In this document: positions 41,427-51,011 of the stretch, piece by piece
How the letters are laid out: each line of letters opens with the position of its first letter
Numbering within the stretch: the first letter of the stretch is position 1
NCBI GenBank assembly: GCA_026066175.1
Contig: GCA_026066175.1_4721.1
DNA length: 64,000 bases
Reading direction: 5' to 3' (one strand)
Origin: a phage
Translations under genes and position numbers: made by a program
The notes under the pieces: generated by a model
Seen by the model: the letters and a program-made list of their open reading frames with translations, nothing else
Told to the model about the DNA's origin: nothing
The model's database searches: none

Positions 41427-41478
41427 TTTAACGCCTTTTGTTGTTTGCTATCATGTCCTATACGAACATGAAAAATCG

Positions 41479-41754
41479 TTAATCTTTACCGTTGAACGTA
41501 ACGCCACGGCCGGTTACCGACGAAGGAACCTTGAGATAATAGAAGTAAATGTAATTGTCGCGATGGCTAAAATGGTTTTTGCAAGCATAGTACTCTCCAG
41601 CTCCAATGAATGATTTAATACGTGTAATTTGAGGGTGTCGTGCAAGCAACGCACGTATCACGATTTCCATCTGATGGTCATTCAAACCCGGTCGTGCGTC
41701 GACGTGGAAATGAAGGTCCTTGAGGAACCGTTTCCAGGGATCAGGCTTTGACAT
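41479..41754 (-). CDS. Hypothetical protein
   Basis: Start moved to MSKPDPWK (AAGGAGGTGACG upstream). Confidence 0.4.
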   Translation of the reverse strand: MSKPDPWKRFLKDLHFHVDARPGLNDHQMEIVIRALLARHPQITRIKSFIGAGEYYACKNHFSHRDNYIYFYYLKVPSSVTGRGVTFNGKD

Positions 41755-41794
41755 CGTCACCTCCTTTAATAAGTAGCAGGAATGCGGCATAGAA

Positions 41795-41812
41795 CCCTCC
41801 CCGGAGGGAGGG
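41795..41812 (-). terminator. GC-rich stem-loop with TTCTATGCC tail
   Basis: CCCTCCC / GGGAGGG. Confidence 0.5.
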
Positions 41813-41821
41813 TATGTAATG

Positions 41822-42379
41822 TTATTCCATCCAGACTTCTTCGTCGTAATGGTTCTCTATTGCGTTGCGCCAGAAGCGAACGGTATCCAAACTGATCGGC
41901 GTATAGAAATGTTGATCAACACCGACGTTGAGTCCGTTTGCTTTCGCTAACATACAACGATGGATATGTCCAAACAGATTGAAATACCCTGGGTTTCTTT
42001 CACTGGGTTTATGGCATAACCAATAAGACTCGTCGTTATTGATCGGCAATACCAACGGATGTTCATAAACCGCAGCAAATCCCATATCAAGGAGCTTGTC
42101 GCGGAAAGCATCAAAACTCAACCCGCTCGCCTTGCAGGCGTCCTCGTCCCAATTCCCGAGTACTAACTGAACCTGGATATCAGAACGAATGGCTTCAATG
42201 AACTCGAACTTGCCCCAATCGCCCAGATGCCACAACACGCTGTTCTTAGGGAGATTGTTGATGGCTTTCAGCATGTGTTGGTTCATGTCAGCCACGCTTG
42301 CAAACGGACGACGTGAATACACCCGGGTGCGTTCGCTGTCAAAATGCGTATCTGAAGTAAAGAAGATAGATGGGATCAT
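41822..42379 (-). CDS. Calcineurin-like metallophosphoesterase
   Basis: FFTSDTHFD (D.H), WHLGDWGK (GD), LVLGNWDED (GN.D), LFGHIHR (GH.H). Confidence 0.6.
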   Translation of the reverse strand: MIPSIFFTSDTHFDSERTRVYSRRPFASVADMNQHMLKAINNLPKNSVLWHLGDWGKFEFIEAIRSDIQVQLVLGNWDEDACKASGLSFDAFRDKLLDMGFAAVYEHPLVLPINNDESYWLCHKPSERNPGYFNLFGHIHRCMLAKANGLNVGVDQHFYTPISLDTVRFWRNAIENHYDEEVWME

Positions 42380-42858
42380 CGATCTAATTGCTCCAGAAAT
42401 GCACGCCCTGATTTACTTGCACGCAAATGTTGTTCTGCGGAAGTCAGCAGCACGTCGGTTGGCGTATAGGCTACACTGCCTTTCCACTCCGTCTTCAGCT
42501 TACCCTCTTCGATGCTGAACTGAATCAGTTGTTGGGTGCCAAAATTAAGCGTGTTGGTTGCTGCGCTGAATACACCACCCATCATGCTGTAACCAAAGAC
42601 TTTCGCATCTTCTGCATAGAAGTCGTTGTCGATCAATTTGTTCTGTAGTTCCAGCTGATCGGACGGCAGCAGTCCACCATCAAAGACACTTAGAATACCG
42701 GCTAAGCGATAAATACTCACCTTTCCTGAAACACCCACCACGTAATTGCCGTATGGTGTTTCCTCAAGCTTCGCGACGACGGTGCGATCATCGGAGGTTT
42801 TCATTGAAACCTCAATGCCATCATCGATTTCCGTTAATGTTAAATCAACAATACTCAT
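42376..42858 (-). CDS. Hypothetical protein
   Basis: 160-aa ORF, ATGA-coupled to the phosphoesterase gene. Confidence 0.45.
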   Translation of the reverse strand: MSIVDLTLTEIDDGIEVSMKTSDDRTVVAKLEETPYGNYVVGVSGKVSIYRLAGILSVFDGGLLPSDQLELQNKLIDNDFYAEDAKVFGYSMMGGVFSAATNTLNFGTQQLIQFSIEEGKLKTEWKGSVAYTPTDVLLTSAEQHLRASKSGRAFLEQLDR

Positions 42859-42879
42859 TTGTTTTCTCCGCGTTCATGT

Positions 42880-43566
42880 TTAACACATGATTTCACCATG
42901 TTTCTTTTCAACATACGTATAAACATCATCCAAATAAGCGATGAGTTTATCACGATTCGCACAAAGCGATTTGATCGTTGCAATCTCTTTCGTATAAAGC
43001 TGCTGGCCCAGGGCTGGATAAGTAATCCAAGCATAACCATCAGGTGCGAACTTAGAGATAAGGTAATCGGCGGTTTCCTGTAATGCGAACTCCTTGCTCA
43101 TCTGGCCGTAGCGGTGTTCGATAGCACGAATACCAAAACGTTCACTATCAAGACGACCCATATCCGCCAAACGAAGAACCTGAGAAGCCACAGAACTACG
43201 TGGACCGGAATACGAAGCACGATGTTCAGCAATGAGTACGCGTATCTCCTCGATATCTTCCGGTGTGAAAATATGTTGCTCATTACGAAGTAAGATAATC
43301 GACGCGCGAATACCGCCAATAAGGTGGTGGTATGTTCTGTTCTCATGACAAGCGATATCATGCATGAACGCTGCGGTTAACAGACGACGGCGTTCAACCG
43401 GTCGAATGATACCAACCACATCAGCAAGTTCATTTGCCAGTTCGACAACAGCAAGGACATGTTCTTCTTGATGGGCAAGATCGTTCTTTTTAATGTTATC
43501 AATAACTTCAGTGCGTGTTTCCTGAGATAAGAAATTTAAGCAGTCTAACGAAAATAAAGATTTCAT
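42880..43566 (-). CDS. Putative HD-domain phosphohydrolase
   Basis: AAFMHDIACHE with His residues upstream; weak call. Preceded by promoter-like motif copy 2 and AAGAGG. Confidence 0.4.
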   Translation of the reverse strand: MKSLFSLDCLNFLSQETRTEVIDNIKKNDLAHQEEHVLAVVELANELADVVGIIRPVERRRLLTAAFMHDIACHENRTYHHLIGGIRASIILLRNEQHIFTPEDIEEIRVLIAEHRASYSGPRSSVASQVLRLADMGRLDSERFGIRAIEHRYGQMSKEFALQETADYLISKFAPDGYAWITYPALGQQLYTKEIATIKSLCANRDKLIAYLDDVYTYVEKKHGEIMC

Positions 43567-43613
43567 CGTACGTACCTCTTTGACTGTATTAATAAATCGT
43601 GTTTACTCACGTA

Positions 43614-43645
43614 AGTAATATAGCCGTGAAAGGATTTGTATTGGC
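43614..43645 (-). promoter_or_regulatory. Promoter-like motif, copy 2
   Basis: GCCAATACAAATCCTTTCACGGCTATATTACT on the minus strand, ~48 nt upstream of start 43566. Confidence 0.45.
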
Positions 43646-43709
43646 ACGTTCGACGTTCATCGTATTTTATGGATTGTCGAATGACGTCATTTTAAGGGAC
43701 ATCCCCGGC

Positions 43710-43745
43710 CTCCTCCCCAGGAAAGGTGTGGGGAGGAGTTTTTAC
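43710..43745 (+). terminator. Plus-oriented terminator-like hairpin with T5 tail, ~30 nt before the SNF2 helicase start
   Basis: CTCCTCCCC / GGGGAGGAG followed by TTTTTAC. Confidence 0.5.
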
Positions 43746-43772
43746 CAGACTTTTATTAATTCGAGTGCGAGT

Positions 43773-45854
43773 ATGTTAGATAGAATAAATCGCCTAATGA
43801 ACCGGATAACGGTTAAAAATCAAAGCAACAATACCGTGCATGTTGGGGGTATCGATGCCTGGCGTCTTTCGGACGATATCCAGCGAATCTGGGGTACCTC
43901 TCGGTTTATGAAATATATGTTTCGTAACTTCTCTTCCAGCGGTCTTAGCATTCACAACTTCTATCTGCCTGATTTCGTTTATATTCTTGAAACGATCATT
44001 GATGCAAAGAACACCCGCAGCAACAAGCGGATGCTAAAACGCCTTGTTGAAGTCTTGTTAGAAGAAACCTGGCTGCAAAATACCACCATCGAACAGCCAG
44101 CCATTCTTGATAAAGCGCGCATGAAGAAAATGATGACGCTTTCTTTGTTCGATTATCAAGATGAGTATCTCGACATTTATAACCGCAACGTTCCGAAATA
44201 TCGATTAAAAGGCCATGTGTGTGCGATGGGTGCCGGGGCGGGTAAAACAATTACCGCGTTGGCGTTAAGCGCTGCCTTGGGTGTTGACGTCTTCGTGGCA
44301 TGCTGTCCTAAGAACACCATGCGTTCGGCATGGCAATCAGATTTACATAAAGCGCTTGTGGATCCTGCAACCGAATCCGCATTCTGGTCTGATGTGATGC
44401 CCCCAACCCAGTTACAGAAAAGCGATAAATATTACTTCCTGCATTACGAGCAGATGGGATTGTTAAACGAGATCATGCTCAAGCATAAACGCACAGCAAA
44501 ACGTGTGTTGATCGTTGTCGATGAAAGCCATAACTTCAACGATAAGAACAGTCAACGTTCTCAGCGTTTGGTTGATCTGGTACAGACGATGCGTCAAACC
44601 ATGAATGCGGACATACATGTCTTATTTATGTCGGGTACGCCTGTTAAACAGATGGGTTCTGAAATGATCCCATGTTTAGGTTGCATTGACCCGATGTTCC
44701 AAGGCCAGGTGGTTGATAGCTTCAAGTCGATTTACGGTTTAACCAGCAGTCGTGCTAATGATATCTTAAGGCATCGTCTTGGATTCATGATGCATGTCGT
44801 ACCCAAAGAAGCTTACCGTAAGACACGGCCTGAGGTTCAGGACGTATACGTGAAACTGCCTAACGGTAGTGATTACACCATCTCAAGTATCCGTGACGAT
44901 ATGGCGGTGTTTGTGCGTGACCGTGCAAAATACTACAAAGATAACTGGGGGCATTACCGGAAGATTTTCGATGATGCGCTGGATTTCTATCGTCGGACCA
45001 TACGGACGGAAGGTGAGCGTAAAGAACTGTCTCGTTATGAATCCATCGTCGCCCGCTTTCAGAAAGGTTACGATCCTGTCAGGGATAAAGAAGACGCCAT
45101 GTTCTGCAACGTGTTCGAGAAACGAGCGATCATGCCGATTCTTCCTCCCGATTTACGGATTGCGTTCAAAGACGCCAAAAGCGTCATCAAGTACGTCGGA
45201 TTGAAGATTCAAGGGGAAGCCTTGGCAAGGGTTCTTGGCGCAGCGCGCATTCAATGCCACGTTGATATGGTCGAGTATATCGATTTTGAAGGGTATATCA
45301 ACAATGCTGAAGCCAAAGTGCTGATCTTCACGTCATACGTTCAGGTAGTTGAACGCGTTGATAACCTGCTTCGCGATGCGGGCTTCTTACCAGAACCGAT
45401 CTACGGGAAGACCAACAAGAACATTAACCAGATCCTCGCGCGATTACGCGATGATCCTGACAGCGGTCCCGCTATCGCAACCTTTGATAGTTTAGCGGAA
45501 GGGGTTCCTATGTTAATGTGTAACGTCGGCCTTTTCTTAAATAACCCCTGGCGTTCCTCCGATGAGATCCAAGCCATCAGTCGTCTCGACCGTGTTGGTC
45601 AAACCCAACCTGTTCGTATCTATCGTTTCATGCTGGATACTGGCAGCGAAGGTAACGTTTCAACACGAAGCCAAGAGATCATGGAGTTAAGTCGTCAGCT
45701 GGTTGAAGAAATCACAGGTGTTAAATACAATGTGAATAAACAAGCCGACGTTAACCTACAAGAAACGCTGGCTATGGAAGGGTACGATAGATACTTGACG
45801 ATTAATACCCCTGGGTTTGAAATCAAACCGCGTTCCACGTTCTTAGAATGGTAA
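43773..45854 (+). CDS. SNF2-family (SF2) helicase/ATPase
   Basis: Motif I CAMGAGAGKT, motif II VVDESHNF, motif III MSGTPVKQ; start placed at ATG 43773 (MLDRINRL) because the track ORF begins with GTG at 43599 and would translate through a terminator-like hairpin. Confidence 0.7.
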   Translation: MLDRINRLMNRITVKNQSNNTVHVGGIDAWRLSDDIQRIWGTSRFMKYMFRNFSSSGLSIHNFYLPDFVYILETIIDAKNTRSNKRMLKRLVEVLLEETWLQNTTIEQPAILDKARMKKMMTLSLFDYQDEYLDIYNRNVPKYRLKGHVCAMGAGAGKTITALALSAALGVDVFVACCPKNTMRSAWQSDLHKALVDPATESAFWSDVMPPTQLQKSDKYYFLHYEQMGLLNEIMLKHKRTAKRVLIVVDESHNFNDKNSQRSQRLVDLVQTMRQTMNADIHVLFMSGTPVKQMGSEMIPCLGCIDPMFQGQVVDSFKSIYGLTSSRANDILRHRLGFMMHVVPKEAYRKTRPEVQDVYVKLPNGSDYTISSIRDDMAVFVRDRAKYYKDNWGHYRKIFDDALDFYRRTIRTEGERKELSRYESIVARFQKGYDPVRDKEDAMFCNVFEKRAIMPILPPDLRIAFKDAKSVIKYVGLKIQGEALARVLGAARIQCHVDMVEYIDFEGYINNAEAKVLIFTSYVQVVERVDNLLRDAGFLPEPIYGKTNKNINQILARLRDDPDSGPAIATFDSLAEGVPMLMCNVGLFLNNPWRSSDEIQAISRLDRVGQTQPVRIYRFMLDTGSEGNVSTRSQEIMELSRQLVEEITGVKYNVNKQADVNLQETLAMEGYDRYLTINTPGFEIKPRSTFLEW

Positions 45855-45861
45855 TTAAGAA

Positions 45862-45890
45862 GCTCTGCCCGAAGGCAGAGCTTTATGCCG
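45862..45890 (+). terminator. Terminator after the SNF2 helicase gene
   Basis: GCTCTGCC CGAA GGCAGAGC followed by TTTATGCCGG. Confidence 0.6.
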
Positions 45891-45948
45891 GATTTACCAC
45901 GAAATCGTATGACGCGATATGCGTCTTTAATTAAAGGAAAAGCGCGAA

Positions 45949-47403
45949 ATGAAAATCAAACAAAGCTGGAAAGACGAATTACTTGCATTAGTTAACAGCA
46001 AAAACAGTTTACAACTGACATTAGACGACGTAAAGTTTGAATTAACCGAACCGGTAAGCGAAGTGCCCGGAACGGTCGTTGTTACAATCAAACCGAACGA
46101 TAATAGTCGCTACTTTAACGAGCAGTCTCTGACCTACGTCCGTCGAGACATTGCTAAAAACTTCACCGGGATTCCGTTACGGGTTATCGTTAAGCAAGAT
46201 ACCGCTGTAAGGGATATCATCAATACGATTGCTGAACGTTACGGATTGGTATTTGACACAACCGTCGACTTCCTCGAATCAGAGCTGAATAAACAAATTA
46301 CTTTCGCAGACACCGGTATTAAAGACGTTACTGTTCCGGTTGCAAACACGTCTTATGTTTGGGCTGGTAATCTTCAGTTCAATATTGCGAACGATACGTT
46401 AAGCTTGATTACTATCATCAAGAAAACCAATCTTACGAATCTGGTTTATCTGGATGGTGTTGAAGCTGACACATCGGGGTCGTTACTGTTAGCCACCACA
46501 GCACTTGTTAACGATAGCGTAAATAAGCCGATGGTTGAAAACGAAGATATCGTCGATGAATTCTACAACGTTCTTAATGCTCTAGCCAAATATGGTGACA
46601 TAACTGGCGATGAATTAAATGCCGCCTTACATGCGTACGATGAAGCAGAAAACAGGAATAAAACCACGGTAATAACTCTTGGTGATATCCAGTGTGTTGC
46701 AACAGAAAAAGACGATTGGGAAATTGGACGTTTACGCGGTCAGATGGTTCTCGCGCTCAAATCCGACAAACAACCTGAGCGCGAGAACACGTTAAGGTTG
46801 TTTACGAATGGCGGTGACGTCTCACTAACGTTAAACACAATGAAAGATATCAGTATCGATTGGGGTGATGGGAATAAAGTAACGTTGGATGCTGAAGAAA
46901 GATACGCGCACCACACATACGCCGACAATAACCAGTACCAAATCGAAATTGTGTCTCGTACGGACCCAGATGTGCTGCGACCAAATTATATTTCTGGGAG
47001 TGAGATAACCGAAGTAATTCACTGGGCTACTACTTCAACAATAGCTCTGAATTTTGTTGGATGCGATAATTTAGCGACTGTTCCAGATGAGATCCCAACT
47101 TCGTGGACAACGTTGGACAGCATGTTTGAAAGTTGTACGAATTTGAATGATCCGTCTATCTCTAACTGGAATACAAGTAACATCACATCAATGAATGGTA
47201 TGTTCGGCGGATGCACTAAATTTAACCAACCTTTAGCTGCCTGGGATGTCAGCTCAGTAACTGACATTGGTGGTATGTTTGTCGGATGTGACAGTTTTAA
47301 CCAAGATTTAAGTGGGTGGCGATTACCGTCAGGAGTAAACCACACCAATTACGATGATGGTGCTTTCTCGTGGCAGACGGAACATAAACCGACATTCCAG
47401 TAA
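45949..47403 (+). CDS. Fibre / receptor-binding-like protein with C-terminal DUF285-type repeats (paralog of 32-1786)
   Basis: N-terminal ~150 aa aligns closely with 32-1786; C-terminal ITSMNGMFGGCTKFNQPLAAWDVSSVTDIGGMFVGCDSFNQDLSGW repeats. Confidence 0.6.
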   Translation: MKIKQSWKDELLALVNSKNSLQLTLDDVKFELTEPVSEVPGTVVVTIKPNDNSRYFNEQSLTYVRRDIAKNFTGIPLRVIVKQDTAVRDIINTIAERYGLVFDTTVDFLESELNKQITFADTGIKDVTVPVANTSYVWAGNLQFNIANDTLSLITIIKKTNLTNLVYLDGVEADTSGSLLLATTALVNDSVNKPMVENEDIVDEFYNVLNALAKYGDITGDELNAALHAYDEAENRNKTTVITLGDIQCVATEKDDWEIGRLRGQMVLALKSDKQPERENTLRLFTNGGDVSLTLNTMKDISIDWGDGNKVTLDAEERYAHHTYADNNQYQIEIVSRTDPDVLRPNYISGSEITEVIHWATTSTIALNFVGCDNLATVPDEIPTSWTTLDSMFESCTNLNDPSISNWNTSNITSMNGMFGGCTKFNQPLAAWDVSSVTDIGGMFVGCDSFNQDLSGWRLPSGVNHTNYDDGAFSWQTEHKPTFQ

Positions 47404-47422
47404 AAAAAAATAGTTAGCATAA

Positions 47423-47456
47423 CTTCCTCCCTACCCATAACGGGCGGGGAGGAAGG
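47423..47456. terminator. Probable bidirectional terminator between convergent genes
   Basis: CTTCCTCCC / GGGAGGAAG; GTTTATG on the plus strand and a T9 run on the minus strand. Confidence 0.55.
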
Positions 47457-47472
47457 TTTATGTGGTTATGAC

Positions 47473-47811
47473 TTAGAACCAGAGTTCTTTCATGAAGTAG
47501 GCTTCCATATCGTAAATAAGCCACTCATCTGGGATTTCTAAAGGATCGTCTTCGGTTAAGGTGAGCATGTGCAGGGCGAACGCACGCTTAATATCTTCCA
47601 ACAGCTTATCATCACCGTAACCTTCGGGTAGTTTACGGTCAACCAGCTGGGTTTGTTTATAGACATCGCGGAACGCTTCAGGATTATGTTTATCCATCGG
47701 GAATTGTTCAGCAGCCTGAACCATCGAAAGCGTCCAGCTTACAACATTGTAACGCTCACCGTTAATTTCACTGAACTTATCATCGATTAAACAGATTTGT
47801 TGTATATTCAT
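47473..47811 (-). CDS. Hypothetical protein
   Basis: 112-aa ORF. Confidence 0.4.
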   Translation of the reverse strand: MNIQQICLIDDKFSEINGERYNVVSWTLSMVQAAEQFPMDKHNPEAFRDVYKQTQLVDRKLPEGYGDDKLLEDIKRAFALHMLTLTEDDPLEIPDEWLIYDMEAYFMKELWF

Positions 47812-48701
47812 ACATTTTCTCCATTCTTATCTTGGCCGCAATCACACTCTTCGGTGTCTTTCTTACTTAAACGTAAGACACCGAGTGCGGCATGCTTGAG
47901 TTCTTGCAAAGCGCTTTTCAGCTGACCTTCTTCATCGAAATCAAAATACTTCTCGTTGTAGCTTAATGCTGGAATCATATTTACGAGAGGTTCGATGGCA
48001 GGCATCAGCATCTCAATCACAACCTTAGGATCAACGAAACGTTCGAACCCTTCAGGAAGTTTACTGGTGATAACTTTGTCGTTCTTGATGAAGAATTTAT
48101 TCTTGAACAGATCGTCAAGGATAGCATTCTCTTCATCGGTACGTTCAGCGTAAGGCCGATCGATCATCTGTACGAAAACACCGTTAAGGGCTTCAGGCAT
48201 TGCGGGGTTCTCACGAAGGTTAAACCCTGCTGGGATTTCGATATCGATCTTCGCCCAGTCGATAACCTGATGGTCTCGCGTATAGATGACGTCAACCTCC
48301 CACGCCAAGCCATCGGTACCTTCTACGGTATAACGTGTTTTAGCTTGACCTTCTGGTGCCATACGCTCGATAGCATCGAACATCTCGACCGGAATTTCCA
48401 CTTCGCTTTCCATGGCATCCCCTGGACCGCGATAAACCTTCGTGGTCATGAAGTACTTCGGTTCTTCGTTGTCGATCTGGATTGCTCGAGCACGTACCTG
48501 GCCTTTAACACCACCCACCGACGTGTTATCGTACAACCACTGGTGTTGCACCATGTGTTCAATTTTCGTGGCGTTCTGACGTAGGATATCTACACCGTCT
48601 TCAGCCAGTTTACCAAAGAAGACCAGCTCACGTTCCTGCTGTGTCTCTCCGCTCAACATCATTAAATTGGCGATTTGTCTCACGCCTTTTACTTTCGACA
48701 T
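47808..48701 (-). CDS. Hypothetical protein
   Basis: 297-aa ORF. Confidence 0.5.
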   Translation of the reverse strand: MSKVKGVRQIANLMMLSGETQQERELVFFGKLAEDGVDILRQNATKIEHMVQHQWLYDNTSVGGVKGQVRARAIQIDNEEPKYFMTTKVYRGPGDAMESEVEIPVEMFDAIERMAPEGQAKTRYTVEGTDGLAWEVDVIYTRDHQVIDWAKIDIEIPAGFNLRENPAMPEALNGVFVQMIDRPYAERTDEENAILDDLFKNKFFIKNDKVITSKLPEGFERFVDPKVVIEMLMPAIEPLVNMIPALSYNEKYFDFDEEGQLKSALQELKHAALGVLRLSKKDTEECDCGQDKNGENV

Positions 48702-48749
48702 ACATGCTCCGGTTACAAGGGCTTCATCGGAAGCCCTTCTGCTTTAATA

Positions 48750-51011
48750 TTACAATTCGAAATCTTCATCGATAACGCGTTGGGTTAGCACCTTGTCGCT
48801 GAAGAACTCCACCTTACGTTGATGGTATTTCCGATGTGCTTCAATCGACGTACACACCAGATACCAGAACGTGGGTGTCATACCCTCGAACTTCCCTTTC
48901 AGCTGACGTAGTCGACCTAACACCTGAATGTTACCAGTTCTCGACCCCATCGCTAACGTCATGAACGTCATCACCAAGTCAGGAAGATCGATTCCTGTAC
49001 CAGCCGATTTTACCGTTGTCACACTGATATCATTATCCAGTAACACCATGAAATCTTCTTCAGCGGTATAAGGACCTATCTCCAACTCAGGGATACGTTC
49101 ACTTAAGTAATGCGATAACGACTTGCACATATCAACGGTTGCACAATACACCAACATCTTCATGCCTTCCTGATATTGGTTCATGAAACCTTTGATAATA
49201 ACCGTATAGATAAAGTTGAAATAGGCGAGTTTGAGTTGCTTATTCTTCATGATAGACTGTTCGAATACCGTGTGAGAATAAGAACCTCCAAAGCCTTTGT
49301 ATCGGACTTTATCCGTACTGCGTAGTCGATACGTCACCGCATTTACCGCGATGTATTTCTTGTATTCACATTTCGCATAACGTGCTTCTTTCGGATACAT
49401 CAAATACAGCATCCGCTCGATGAACGGATCGTCAGACACCGCCGTTGCCGACAGATAAATGATTTCCGGAATATTCGCGTAACACTTCACTTTGAACAAG
49501 AAATGCAGAGCTTCGTGACATTCATCGTGGATTAACAATCCAATGCCTGTTTTCTCCCAGAACTCGACTGGATGGAAAACATAAGGTGCGACACAGTTGT
49601 TCTTTTCATAATCGGTTATATAACGCTGAAACATGTTCAGTGAGAATAACGCAATTTTGAAATCCAACTCACCTTGTTCTACCAACGTCTGAAATTCCAA
49701 CATGCTGTAACGAGGAATGTCGGGATGCGGTGGGTCAGACTGGGCTGTACCACGTATCTCGATAACATCACCTGGTTCCATACCGAAGAAACTTAGCAGT
49801 GAGCTACGCCATCCAGGCATGTACCTCGGTGACAGAATGATGCCCGTCCGTACACCACGTCGGAAGGTGATCTCCTGCGACATTGCGGTGTTGTGCGTGA
49901 CGATATGGTCTTTAATAACATAAAGGCTTTCGTCGTTGTCCACCGTGATGCAACGTGCCTTCGCTTTCACCGTCGGCACGATGCCGCCAATCGCTAAACC
50001 AGGAAGCGTGTTAACGGGAAGATCATCTGGAATCTCAATGCCGTCAGGAATAAGCTTAAGCAAATCGGAATGGTAAATTAATGTCTCCATCGTGTAACTA
50101 TTGATGGGGCATTTATACGCGATTCCCCCTAACCGATAAGCCAACTCCCAGACCTCGGTCATTATCTGCGAATCGGTGGTTCTGACCGCAAGGTGAGCCC
50201 ACCCTTCTTCAACACGCAGCACGCAACGATCTTTGATGAGTTCTCTGAAACGATCAAGACCCACGAGTTCTTTCGGTTCGTAAAGTCGGATTCTTACCGG
50301 ACGAGATCGTGACGATCTGTCATTAAGACGTTCCATGATTTCACTCGTGCTGAGCACCTTGTCAGGATCCGTGCATTGCCAGAGATGATCACCACACGCT
50401 TCAACCATTCGTCCATCTTCAAAGAAGACAGCGTAAAGCTGAATATCGTCATGATCAAAGATAGCAGTTACGTTCGTCGGTAAACCATCCGCGCCGATGA
50501 CCTCATCACCCACCTGGAGCTCACCAATCGGCTTCCAACCGCTTGGAACCTTAACGGGTGTATGGAGAGCCAATGCTTTCCCAGACCCCGTGCCTGCGGT
50601 GTTTAGGCTCATTCTGAAAGGGGTATCCTTACCCCCATCCATGTACTCCAACCATTCTTGCTGATCTTCACGCCACGGAAACTTCCAGTTCTTCACAAAC
50701 TCCACTTCCTTACCTGGAACCGGATCGTGGTAAACGATTTCCAACCACTCCTTTCGAATTCCTCGAGAAAAGATAAAATCCAAAAACGACTTCAGCTGTT
50801 CACGAAGTAAGTAGACCTCGCTATAATCGCTTCTTGCTGCGGCGTAGGTGTTGATGGTATCGGTGACCATTCTCCGTGTACGAGGGTCGCGTCGTTTCCG
50901 TAGATGCAAACAACGGTCTCGAAGGTAATGGCCAATCAAATGGGCAAATCGAAGTCCGTATCCGCTCAGCTTCATGCCATGCGAGAAGACGTCGATACGA
51001 GCTAACTTCAT
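48750..51011 (-). CDS. SF2 (DExH) helicase carrying an intein-like insertion in motif I
   Basis: Host motifs NTAGTGSGK | T (AGTGSGKT after excision), LLIHDECHEA, YLSATA, SAGTGIDLPDLV; about 229 aa inserted between K and T. Confidence 0.65.
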   Translation of the reverse strand: MKLARIDVFSHGMKLSGYGLRFAHLIGHYLRDRCLHLRKRRDPRTRRMVTDTINTYAAARSDYSEVYLLREQLKSFLDFIFSRGIRKEWLEIVYHDPVPGKEVEFVKNWKFPWREDQQEWLEYMDGGKDTPFRMSLNTAGTGSGKALALHTPVKVPSGWKPIGELQVGDEVIGADGLPTNVTAIFDHDDIQLYAVFFEDGRMVEACGDHLWQCTDPDKVLSTSEIMERLNDRSSRSRPVRIRLYEPKELVGLDRFRELIKDRCVLRVEEGWAHLAVRTTDSQIMTEVWELAYRLGGIAYKCPINSYTMETLIYHSDLLKLIPDGIEIPDDLPVNTLPGLAIGGIVPTVKAKARCITVDNDESLYVIKDHIVTHNTAMSQEITFRRGVRTGIILSPRYMPGWRSSLLSFFGMEPGDVIEIRGTAQSDPPHPDIPRYSMLEFQTLVEQGELDFKIALFSLNMFQRYITDYEKNNCVAPYVFHPVEFWEKTGIGLLIHDECHEALHFLFKVKCYANIPEIIYLSATAVSDDPFIERMLYLMYPKEARYAKCEYKKYIAVNAVTYRLRSTDKVRYKGFGGSYSHTVFEQSIMKNKQLKLAYFNFIYTVIIKGFMNQYQEGMKMLVYCATVDMCKSLSHYLSERIPELEIGPYTAEEDFMVLLDNDISVTTVKSAGTGIDLPDLVMTFMTLAMGSRTGNIQVLGRLRQLKGKFEGMTPTFWYLVCTSIEAHRKYHQRKVEFFSDKVLTQRVIDEDFEL
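49890..50576 (-). mobile_element. Intein-like element inside helicase motif I (protein residues ~146-374)
   Basis: Begins ALALHTPVKVPSGWKPIGELQVGDEV and ends CITVDNDESLYVIKDHIVTHN followed by Thr; removing it restores AGTGSGKT. Confidence 0.55.

Noticed and set aside
43599-43772. ORF-track extension of the SNF2 helicase upstream to 43599
   Set aside because: The track ORF begins with GTG and would translate through promoter-like motif copy 2 and a strong terminator-like hairpin; the first ATG (43773) precedes the conserved helicase body.
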